Translations under genes and position numbers: made by a program
Part shown: one piece after another, positions 1 to 8,357 of the stretch
How positions within the stretch are numbered: the first letter of the stretch is position 1
Layout of the letters: each line of letters opens with the position of its first letter
DNA from: Alphaproteobacteria bacterium
Lineage (GTDB): Bacteria > Pseudomonadota > Alphaproteobacteria > UBA828
Assembly (NCBI GenBank): GCA_965221125.1
Contig: CBDCRW010000006.1
Coordinates: 224,001-288,000, forward strand
DNA: 64,000 nt
Direction: 5' to 3'
The notes under the pieces: model-generated
Told to the model about the DNA's origin: nothing
Databases searched by the model: none
What the model saw: only the letters and a program-made list of their open reading frames with translations

Positions 1-727
1 CAACTAGTATTGTGACCTTCTTGGAGGCACTACCCACTACATTGCATCCGGCCTGTGCCGCACGGGCGCTAGCTTCTCTTCGAGGAATACTTAGTTCACC
101 GGTGAACAAAATTGTTTCGCCGTACAGTGATCCATCCGGATTAGCTTCTGGGCGAGATACAGCGGCAGTGTCCGATGGCGGAAAGATCGGTCGATCAACC
201 AGATGCAGCCAATCTGCAATTCCAGTGTCGGTAGCTGCGCAGGCCCTTAATACAACTTCAGCGGCGGCCCTTGCATCTTCCAATGCATCGTGGTGATTAA
301 AGACAATTCCAAGGTCTGTAGAAACATTCTTGAGCCCCCAACCACTCTTCCCGTATTGTTCGGGCCATGCACGACGAACAATTCTTGCACTATCGAGCCA
401 AGTAACACGAAGGGGGTCAAGATCATGCTCCCTCAATGCGCGTTCGACGGAGACGCGATCAAATGAAGTGTGGCTTATCAGAATGGATTCGTTTAGACGG
501 TCCAATTCTCCCCTGATGTCGGAAAAGGATGGGCTATTCTTCACATCGCTCTCATTGATTCCGTGTATTGAAACGTTAAGGGGATCGAACCAGGCGCTCG
601 GGTTGACTAGCGACTGCCAATGATCTGTGATCATTCCGTCTCGGACGTGGACGATTCCAATTTGACAAATGCTTGTACGGTTAACGTTCGCCGTCTCGAC
701 GTCTATCGCATTGAAAGTTAGCGTCAT
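1..727 (-). CDS. DEDDh 3'-5' exonuclease (DnaQ/epsilon-like) with C-terminal BRCT domain; runs off window start
   Basis: Not in the ORF track; translated by hand from ATG 727: MTLTFNAIDVETAN...SIHGI...SHTSFD...WLDS...HHDALEDARAAA (Exo I-III motifs), then LYGETILFTGELSIPREEASARAAQAGCNVVGSASKKVTILV (BRCT-like). GGAG RBS upstream. Confidence 0.9.
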   Translation of the reverse strand, partial: MTLTFNAIDVETANVNRTSICQIGIVHVRDGMITDHWQSLVNPSAWFDPLNVSIHGINESDVKNSPSFSDIRGELDRLNESILISHTSFDRVSVERALREHDLDPLRVTWLDSARIVRRAWPEQYGKSGWGLKNVSTDLGIVFNHHDALEDARAAAEVVLRACAATDTGIADWLHLVDRPIFPPSDTAAVSRPEANPDGSLYGETILFTGELSIPRREASARAAQAGCNVVGSASKKVTILV

Positions 728-787
728 GTCGTTAGCGTCTCCAATACAGGCTCTCTAATCGCTATTTCGACGGAGCCGAAGTTGATG

Positions 788-1258
788 CTATCTCAAGCTC
801 GGTTCGCCAGCGAGCCGTCTCTCCAGTGCGACCGCTACCCGTTCAGCAGCCTAGCTCAGTGTGGCGTCGTCGAGATGAACGTAGCGATTGGTCGTACTGG
901 CCCGACGGTGCCCAAGCAAGCGTCCTGCGACATGCAGGCTTTCGCCGTTCATGACCGCGTGCGAGGCGTGCACATGGCGCAGGTCATGAAGGCGCGCGTC
1001 CGCTACGATTCCGGCGGCGTCGCGCGCTTTGGTCCAGAATCTCCAAAGGTAATCCGTACTCAGCGGCTCGTCTCCCTTCTCGCCCGGAAACACCCACTCC
1101 CCGAACGCCGTTCTGGCAAGTCCATGCAGCAGCTCCCGCGCGGCTTCGCCAAGCAGAACGTGCCTCGGTCCCGTCTTCGCGTCAATCAGGGCCACGCGGT
1201 CGGGCTTGACCTCGCACCAGCGCAGACAGCGTATCTCCCCTGGCCTGCATCCCGTCCC
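788..1258 (-). pseudogene. Tyrosine recombinase C-terminal remnant (5'-truncated, in-frame TAG at 851-853)
   Basis: TGCRPGEI, DAKTG, RLHDLRH, LLGH, TNRY motifs; N-terminal domains absent; the frame continues past the TAG as AAERVAVALERRLAGEPSLR to a stop at 788. Confidence 0.85.
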
Positions 1259-1552
1259 CGTGTTCGCCGCAAACATATGCGCGATATCAGTGGGTTCGGT
1301 GTCGCCCCGCCCGACATGGAACCCGTTCCGCCCCGCTGGAAATAGTCTTGCTCCTGCGGAACTACCAATCTGGTAGCGCCCAGGGGAGCACTCCGCTATG
1401 ACAGCGACCAGTCCGGTAGCTTGTCTGGAGGCACCGTTCGGTCACCGCTTCGGTCTGCGAGCCGGGCGATCGGTGCCGGCGCAGCCCGAGGGATTTGGCA
1501 AGATCGGAACGGAAGCTCTCGCGAATCCGCACGGAAAGGTGGCCGAAATCGC

Positions 1553-1843
1553 ATGGCACAGTCACAGCAGAAGAACATCCGGGTCACCGCCGAACAGTGG
1601 ACTCACATCGAGGAGGCGGCCAGAGAGCGGCAGGTCTCGCCCAATCAGCTCGTCGTCGAACTCGCCATCGAGGCCCTAGACCGCCGCGAATGGCCCAGCA
1701 CCGAGGCCGAGATCAAGGTGGCCAGGGCCTCGCTGTTCGCGGCCCAGGCCCTCGCCCGCGACCTGATCGCCGCGGGCCGCGAGCAGGAAGTCCAGGAGAT
1801 CCGTGAATTCATCTCCACGATCGTGCCGAGTCTGAACAACTGA
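1553..1843 (+). CDS. Small ribbon-helix-helix (CopG/MobC-like) DNA-binding protein
   Basis: MAQSQQKNIRVTAEQWTHIEEAARERQVSPNQLVVELAIEAL has the RHH beta-alpha-alpha pattern; ends 15 bp before the OLD nuclease start. Confidence 0.6.
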   Translation: MAQSQQKNIRVTAEQWTHIEEAARERQVSPNQLVVELAIEALDRREWPSTEAEIKVARASLFAAQALARDLIAAGREQEVQEIREFISTIVPSLNN

Positions 1844-1858
1844 CATCAAAGGCCGAAG

Positions 1859-3910
1859 ATGCACATCCACAAAGTGACTGTCAGAAACTTCCGGCTCTTG
1901 GCCGATGCCGAGTTGGTGCTCGAAGATCAGACCACGCTGATCGTGGGTCGCAACAACAGCGGCAAGACGTCCCTTTCAGAAGTCATCCGTCGGTTTCTCG
2001 TGGACCAGAACCCGAGATTTAGGATCGAAGATTTCTCGAACGCCTCATATGAGGGGTTCTGCGACGCGCTCGCCGCCAGGAACGCGGGACAGCAAGACGA
2101 TGAGGTACGTGCTCTGATTCCGAGCATCGAGCTGCGACTCCTGTTCCGATACGACCCCGTCCAGCCCAATCTCGGCCCTCTCAGCGACTTCGTTATCGAC
2201 CTCGACCCCGACTGCAACGATGCGCTCGTTGTCGCCCGCTACGAATTGGGCGATGGCGCGATCGAGCCGCTGTTTGCCGACCAGCCGGCTGGAGACCTGT
2301 CCGAGGAAGACCGTGTGGCCTTCTTCCAGGAGCTCCGCGAACGCGTGCCCTCTCTCTTCGTTGACAGCATATGGGCCGAAGACCCCAACGATCCCACGAA
2401 CCGGAGGAAGATGACTGTGAGCGCGCTCCGCTCCCTCCTCAAGACCGGTTTCGTGAACGCTCAACGAGGCCTCGATGACGACACCTCGAGAGAAACCGAC
2501 GTACTGGCCAAAATCCTGGAAAGTCTCTTCACTGCGGCCAAGTCACCAACTGCCGATCCTGGAGAGCAGGCCGTCGCCGAAGCCCTCCAGGAAGCCGTAC
2601 GCGATATTCAGGACAGGATCCAAGGCGGCTTCAAGCAGGAACTGCGTAGACTGATGCCGACATTACGAACCTTCGGCTATCCCGGCCTCGATGGTTCCGA
2701 GTTAGAAACGGAGACGACACTCGACGTCGAGCGCCTTCTCTCACGTCACACCAAGGTGAGATACGAAGGCCATCACGGAATCCTTTTGCCTGAGTCCTAT
2801 ACCGGACTCGGAATACGCAACCTCATCTTCATTCTGCTTCAGATCGTCAGCTTCTATCGCACCTTCCGCGCCGATGCCGTCGCCCCCGGTGTCCACCTCG
2901 TGTTCATCGAGGAGCCCGAGGCTCACCTTCATCCACAGATGCAGGAAGTGTTCATCCGCCAAGTGTCGAAAATCGCCCAGCAGCTCAGCGCCCAGGAGGG
3001 CGCCCCCATGACTTGGCCGGTCCAGTTCATCGTCTCGACGCATTCATCCCACATCGCCAACGCCGCCGGCTTCGAGGCGATCCGATATTTCCTCCCGGCC
3101 TCCGTGGGCGGAGTCCGCCGCACCAAGATCAAGGATCTTCGCGAAGGCCTGCGCGAAACCCCGGACGATCACAGGAGGTTTCTCCACCAGTACCTGACCC
3201 TCACACGCTGCGACCTGTTCTTCGCCGACAAGGCCGTATTGATCGAAGGCACGAGCGAACGTCTCCTGCTGCCTGTGATCATCGAAAAGCTTGAGGAGGC
3301 CGAGCCCGACGCACCCAAGCTGTCCAGCCAGTACATTACGACGATGGAGGTCGGCGGCGCCTATGCACATATTTTCTTCGCCCTTCTCGATTTCCTGGAA
3401 CTGCGCACCCTCATCATCACGGACCTCGACTCTGTCGCCGCCAACGCGGCCGCTTGTCCGGTGCATCGGGGCACCGCCACAAGCAACGCCTGTCTCAACA
3501 CTTGGTTTCGTGGCGACGATTGCACGCCCGCAGCCCTTCTCGCGAAGGACGACGACTCTAAGGTGCAGAATCTCCGGCGTATTGCCTTTCAACAGCCCGA
3601 ATCCGAGGACGGTCCCTGCGGCCGCACATTCGAGGACGCGTTCATGCTGGCAAATGCAGCGACGTTCGGCATCGAAGGCGCTACGCCCGACGAAGAGGCC
3701 CAATGTGCATGGGAGAAGCTCACCAAGATCAAAAAGTCCCAGTTTGCCCTCAAATACGCAATCGACGAGACCGGCTGGTCCGCGCCCCGCTACATCCTCG
3801 ACGGATTGAGATGGCTGGCGCCCGGCGGCGTCCCGGATACCGACGTGCCCGCTCTCCAAGCCGCCGTCGTCGTCGATGCCCCCGAAGCAGCGGTTGATAA
3901 CAATGGTTGA
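1859..3910 (+). CDS. OLD-family ATP-dependent nuclease (ABC ATPase + TOPRIM), GajA-like
   Basis: Walker A GRNNSGKT, Walker B FIEEPEAHLHP, STHS, TOPRIM LIEGTSE and ITDLD. Confidence 0.92.
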   Translation: MHIHKVTVRNFRLLADAELVLEDQTTLIVGRNNSGKTSLSEVIRRFLVDQNPRFRIEDFSNASYEGFCDALAARNAGQQDDEVRALIPSIELRLLFRYDPVQPNLGPLSDFVIDLDPDCNDALVVARYELGDGAIEPLFADQPAGDLSEEDRVAFFQELRERVPSLFVDSIWAEDPNDPTNRRKMTVSALRSLLKTGFVNAQRGLDDDTSRETDVLAKILESLFTAAKSPTADPGEQAVAEALQEAVRDIQDRIQGGFKQELRRLMPTLRTFGYPGLDGSELETETTLDVERLLSRHTKVRYEGHHGILLPESYTGLGIRNLIFILLQIVSFYRTFRADAVAPGVHLVFIEEPEAHLHPQMQEVFIRQVSKIAQQLSAQEGAPMTWPVQFIVSTHSSHIANAAGFEAIRYFLPASVGGVRRTKIKDLREGLRETPDDHRRFLHQYLTLTRCDLFFADKAVLIEGTSERLLLPVIIEKLEEAEPDAPKLSSQYITTMEVGGAYAHIFFALLDFLELRTLIITDLDSVAANAAACPVHRGTATSNACLNTWFRGDDCTPAALLAKDDDSKVQNLRRIAFQQPESEDGPCGRTFEDAFMLANAATFGIEGATPDEEAQCAWEKLTKIKKSQFALKYAIDETGWSAPRYILDGLRWLAPGGVPDTDVPALQAAVVVDAPEAAVDNNG

Positions 3911-5648
3911 AGTTGTCGAACAGTTGAATCCGGCCGAGCAAGCCAGTCAAAGAGCGCTCGTCGCTGTGTACCGCTGCCTGGAGCGCAAGGAGAGCTTCCT
4001 CGTCCAGGCCGGCGCCGGTGCCGGAAAGACCTACACGCTTGTCAAGGCTCTTCAATTCCTTATCGACCGCCACAAGCACACCATGTCGCAACGCCATCAG
4101 AAAATCGCCTGCATCACCTTCACCAACGTGGCGAAGGACGAAATCGACGCCCGGACCGATCGCAGCCCACTCATCTATTGCAATACCATCCATGCGTTCT
4201 GCTGGTCGCTTATCAGCGGATTCCAAAAACAACTCCGGGAACGACTGCCGCAGCTCCGGCATTGGCCCGAAAGGATCGAGGACGCCGGCGACCTCGGAGA
4301 GCGACCCGTCGAGTACGAGCTTGGTTACAGAGGCCTCAACGACCGTCGGGTCTCAATCCATCACGACGATGTCCTAATCCTGACTATCTCTCTCATGGAC
4401 AACGCCAAGTTCAGACGCATTCTGATGGACAAGTATCCGATCATATTGATCGACGAGTATCAGGACACCAACGCCGACTGGATCAATTCAATCAAGAACC
4501 ACTTCCTCGGACAGGAGAACTCGCCGCAATTCGGTTTCTTCGGCGACCATTGGCAAAAGATCTACGGTGATGGATGCGGACAGATCGAACATCCCAGCCT
4601 GGCGGTCGTCGACAAACAGGCGAACTTCCGGTCGGTTCCGACTGTCGTCGAATCCCTGAACCTCATGAGGCCCGAGCTGCCCCAGTTCGTCGTAGACCCG
4701 AACGACCGAGGGAGCGTTCGCATCTTTCACACGAACACCTGGGCAGGTGACCGTCAGACCGGCGGTCACTGGGGCGGCGATCTTCCTTCCGAGACTGCCG
4801 ACCGCGCGCTTCAGTCCGTACTCGATCGCCTTGCCGAGGACGGTTGGGATTTGTCTACCGAGACCACTAAAATTCTAATGCTCACGCACCGCGTTCTCGC
4901 AGGCCGACAGGGTTATCCCAGCATTCCCGCCGCTTTTAAGTTCAACGAATCCTTCACGAACAAGGAGCATCCGCACATTGCCTATTTCGCCGACGCCCTC
5001 GAACCGGCCTGCAAGGCATACCTCTCACGCAAGTACGGTGAGATGTTCCACGCGCTCGGTTCCAACGTACCGGCGATTCGTGCTCACGACGACAAGAGGA
5101 AATGGTCTGAAGCCATGGACCGCCTCATCGAGCTGAGAGACGGTGGGACGGTCGGAGACGTAATGGATCATTTGCTTGCGGCACGCCGGCCGAGAGTTCC
5201 CGATGCCGTGGAGCGGCGCGAACGCGAACTGAGGGAGTTCGATCCAGAAACCAATGAGGAAGTGCCCCGGGCGCTGATAGAGCTCGGCAACCTCCGTGCC
5301 GTTCCTTACCAGGAGATTGTCGCCCTCTGCCGCTATCTCTCAGGTCACTCACCTTTCGAGACAAAGCACGGCGTCAAAGGGGCCGAATTCGAGAACGTGC
5401 TCGTTGTCGTCGGCAGAGGCTGGAATCAATACAACTTCAACCAGATGCTCGAACTGGCAGGCGGCGATGGCCAAATCCCCGCCAACAGGCAAGCCGCCTT
5501 TGAGCGCAATCGGAACCTCTTTTACGTCACCTGTTCGAGGGCAAGGAGGCGTTTGGCCGTTCTCTTCACCCAAGAGCTTTCCGATGCCGCCATGCAGACG
5601 GTCACCACTTGGTTTGGCAACGACACCATCGAACCTGTGAACCTCTAA
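3903..5648 (+). CDS. UvrD/SF1 helicase, GajB-like
   Basis: AGAGAGKT, IDEYQD, GDHWQKIY, NFRS, TKHGVKGAEF, RNLFYVTCSRA; ATG 3903 overlaps the end of the OLD gene. Confidence 0.92.
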   Translation: MVEVVEQLNPAEQASQRALVAVYRCLERKESFLVQAGAGAGKTYTLVKALQFLIDRHKHTMSQRHQKIACITFTNVAKDEIDARTDRSPLIYCNTIHAFCWSLISGFQKQLRERLPQLRHWPERIEDAGDLGERPVEYELGYRGLNDRRVSIHHDDVLILTISLMDNAKFRRILMDKYPIILIDEYQDTNADWINSIKNHFLGQENSPQFGFFGDHWQKIYGDGCGQIEHPSLAVVDKQANFRSVPTVVESLNLMRPELPQFVVDPNDRGSVRIFHTNTWAGDRQTGGHWGGDLPSETADRALQSVLDRLAEDGWDLSTETTKILMLTHRVLAGRQGYPSIPAAFKFNESFTNKEHPHIAYFADALEPACKAYLSRKYGEMFHALGSNVPAIRAHDDKRKWSEAMDRLIELRDGGTVGDVMDHLLAARRPRVPDAVERRERELREFDPETNEEVPRALIELGNLRAVPYQEIVALCRYLSGHSPFETKHGVKGAEFENVLVVVGRGWNQYNFNQMLELAGGDGQIPANRQAAFERNRNLFYVTCSRARRRLAVLFTQELSDAAMQTVTTWFGNDTIEPVNL

Positions 5649-5711
5649 TTCGATACTTCGCGGAACCTGGACAATCGCTGTGTGGAAGCGGGTTGACTTC
5701 CGGCGACATAC

Positions 5712-6830
5712 TCATGCTCTCTCCATATTCACGCTCTTCAGATCGAACAGAGCCGACCCATCGGCCGAAACGATTCCGTTGTGCGACAACCATCCCGCTT
5801 GCCCGCTCTCCGCTGTATTGGACGCTCCCCTCGCCAAGCCGAATATCATCGCGGGCTCGCCGGCTCCCGCCGCGCCTTCCCCGATGACTCGAGCTTCGTT
5901 CAAGTCGTCTTCGTCGCCAATCGCGCGGATCCCGAGCCGCGTTACGACCGCCGCTTGGTAGTACCCGTCGTGCGGTTCCCGAGAAGGCCGCTCAAACGGG
6001 CCAAACCGACTGTCCCGCATTACGTCGGTCTTCAACGACGGCACTTCGCCCTCGGAGCCTCCGGTGCGTATCCGCACAACGAACTCCGGGTCACCCAGCC
6101 CCCGGGCGATTGCCCCGACGCGATGCCTGCGTATGGCGGCGGCATGGCGCGACGCATCCTCCTCACTCAGCGATTCGCCATCCCCCGGCGGGTCCCACAA
6201 CAGCGACACTGGCTGTCCCCCACGCTCGTCCGTCGACCAGCGGTTCACCGCAACCCAATTGCGCGTCGCGATCTTTCTGTTCCCCGTATCCCTGACTTCG
6301 ACCCGTGCAAATTGCGCCTTTCCCGCATTGATGCAGCTTGGCCGCTCGGTCAGATAACCTCGCAGATTACCGCTCAACCGGCCTTTCGCTTCGCAAAGCA
6401 CATATCCTGGACCGCGCGGATCCCAGGCAATCCAGTCTGGAATGTCGCCCGTCGCGACACGGCGCACCGTTACGCCTCGGTCAATTCTCGTGCAGTTCGT
6501 CTCGAGCGAAATGAAGTCGGTGATGCCGAGCTCGTCCGCCAGCAGGGCGCACGCGAAATACCGGCCGTACAAACCGGAATACGCCCGCCTGACTTCACTG
6601 CTCGACCCGAGGTCGTCGCGCCAACGCAGCATATCCGGCACATGATCGCTGAGATGCGCCTGAAACAACCGCAACCACGCCGATGCGAACGGACTGCCCT
6701 GAATCGTCTCTTCGGCGGCGCAGAGAGCTGCTCGATACAGACTGATCGGCCAGTCTCCAGACACGTCGGAATTGCCGTCTTGATCGACCTTGCGAAGATA
6801 CGTCCACCTGTGAGGCATGCACCGCTCCAA
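5712..6830 (-). CDS. Hypothetical protein, probable PD-(D/E)xK nuclease
   Basis: 372-aa ORF with IPDWIAWD...VLCEAKG; start may be ATG 6818. Confidence 0.65.
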   Translation of the reverse strand: MERCMPHRWTYLRKVDQDGNSDVSGDWPISLYRAALCAAEETIQGSPFASAWLRLFQAHLSDHVPDMLRWRDDLGSSSEVRRAYSGLYGRYFACALLADELGITDFISLETNCTRIDRGVTVRRVATGDIPDWIAWDPRGPGYVLCEAKGRLSGNLRGYLTERPSCINAGKAQFARVEVRDTGNRKIATRNWVAVNRWSTDERGGQPVSLLWDPPGDGESLSEEDASRHAAAIRRHRVGAIARGLGDPEFVVRIRTGGSEGEVPSLKTDVMRDSRFGPFERPSREPHDGYYQAAVVTRLGIRAIGDEDDLNEARVIGEGAAGAGEPAMIFGLARGASNTAESGQAGWLSHNGIVSADGSALFDLKSVNMERA

Positions 6831-7223
6831 CCATTGTCGCCAGCAACCAGCCAGGTGACGCGCTACCGTCGAACTCCTCTTCCCTCCATCGCCTCCGGGC
6901 TCCGACCCGGAAGCGCATCGGCACCGAGCAGTACCGCGCCAAGACCGACGACGTCTGGCGCCCGCGCCGCGGCGGACGATCTCTATACTCTATGGCGGCG
7001 GATTGACGCCGGAACTGGCCGAACTGATCAAGCAAGCCTTCCGCAGAGTGCATCTGTTGGCGTATCTAAAGTACGAGGAACTCGATGTATCCGACAGGAA
7101 AGACCTCTTTGGCAAGGCCGGGGCGGACGCCCAGACTGCCGAGAACGAGTCGCTGGGAGCGAGCGAACCGAATGCCGCGACGCTCGACACGCCCTCCAAC
7201 ACCAGCTTCGGAGTCGCCGACAC

Positions 7224-8357
7224 ATGACCGAGTTTCGTTTCATCCATTCCTCTGATCTGCACCTCGGCCGACGGTTCGGAAACTACCCCGAGGACATTCG
7301 CGGCCGCCTGGTGGAAGCTCGGCACGCCGCGATCGACAGGCTGTCGTCCGCCGCGCGGGATCATGGGGCCGGCAATGTGCTGATTGCCGGCGATCTTTTC
7401 GACACCGAAACGCCGTCCGATCGGATCTGGCGACAAGCGCTCACCGCGATGGCCGCGGCGGACAACATCGATTGGTGGATCATCCCGGGCAACCACGACA
7501 GCCTCGCCGCTGAGGCGCTTTGGGATCCCATCCGCGCACAGCCCCCAGACAACGTGCATCTTTGCGATGCCGCCGAGCCCGTCGAGATCGCGCCCGCCAC
7601 CATGCTTCTTCCTTCGCCCGTGCCGAGTCGGTCCCCCGGTCGCGACGCGACGGAGTGGATGCCGGACTGCGCTACCCCCGACGGTTCTCTGCGAATCGGT
7701 CTGGCGCATGGCGGTATCGTGACATTCGGAAGCGAGGACGACGGCGCCGAGACAATCTCTCCCGACCGCGCGGCCACCGCCAGTCTCGACTATCTGGCTC
7801 TCGGCGACTGGCACGGCTTCATGCGAGTGGGCGATCGGACGTATTATTCGGGCTCGCCCGAACGCGACCGCTTCAAGCATCAGGGGCGTGGCGTCTGCCT
7901 GGCGGTGGAGATCCCGGGCCCGGGAGCCGTGCCCGAGGTTGCCGAGATCGCAACCGGCCGGTTCGGTTGGCACGACATTCCCCTTCCTCTCACACCGGAG
8001 CAGGACGCGTCAGACGCCCTTGCCGGCGCGCTGCCGGAGGATGGGACTGGGCGCCGCGACACACTGGTCCGGGTTCGGGCTTCCGGGTGGGTGCGACTTC
8101 CCCAGCGGATGGAAATGGCACGGGCTGCCGAGGACGCCGCGCCGGAGTTCGGGTATTTCGAGTTGAACGATTCCGAACTTGCGACCGAGTGCGCGCCCGA
8201 CGATCTCGATGACATCGCCCCGGGAGGCGCCCTCCGCATGGCCGCCGATGTCCTGTATGGCGACGCTGAGGATGCCGCAATGAGCGCAGAGGACCGCGCT
8301 ATCGCCGCGGCGGCGCTTCGCCGGCTCTACGGTTACGTGACGGAAGACGCGCGGTGA
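7224..8357 (+). CDS. Mre11/SbcD/YhaO-like metallophosphoesterase DNA exonuclease
   Basis: DLHLG, GDLFD, GNHD, AHG, GDWH motifs; real start ATG 7224, not 5781. Confidence 0.92.
   Translation: MTEFRFIHSSDLHLGRRFGNYPEDIRGRLVEARHAAIDRLSSAARDHGAGNVLIAGDLFDTETPSDRIWRQALTAMAAADNIDWWIIPGNHDSLAAEALWDPIRAQPPDNVHLCDAAEPVEIAPATMLLPSPVPSRSPGRDATEWMPDCATPDGSLRIGLAHGGIVTFGSEDDGAETISPDRAATASLDYLALGDWHGFMRVGDRTYYSGSPERDRFKHQGRGVCLAVEIPGPGAVPEVAEIATGRFGWHDIPLPLTPEQDASDALAGALPEDGTGRRDTLVRVRASGWVRLPQRMEMARAAEDAAPEFGYFELNDSELATECAPDDLDDIAPGGALRMAADVLYGDAEDAAMSAEDRAIAAAALRRLYGYVTEDAR

Noticed and set aside
788-853. Programmed amber readthrough in the integrase remnant
   Set aside because: The gene is already 5'-truncated, so simple decay explains the stop.
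5781-7223. Apparent 858-aa Mre11 fusion protein
   Set aside because: The N-terminal 481 aa are mostly the antisense shadow of the 5712-6830 gene; homology begins at ATG 7224.
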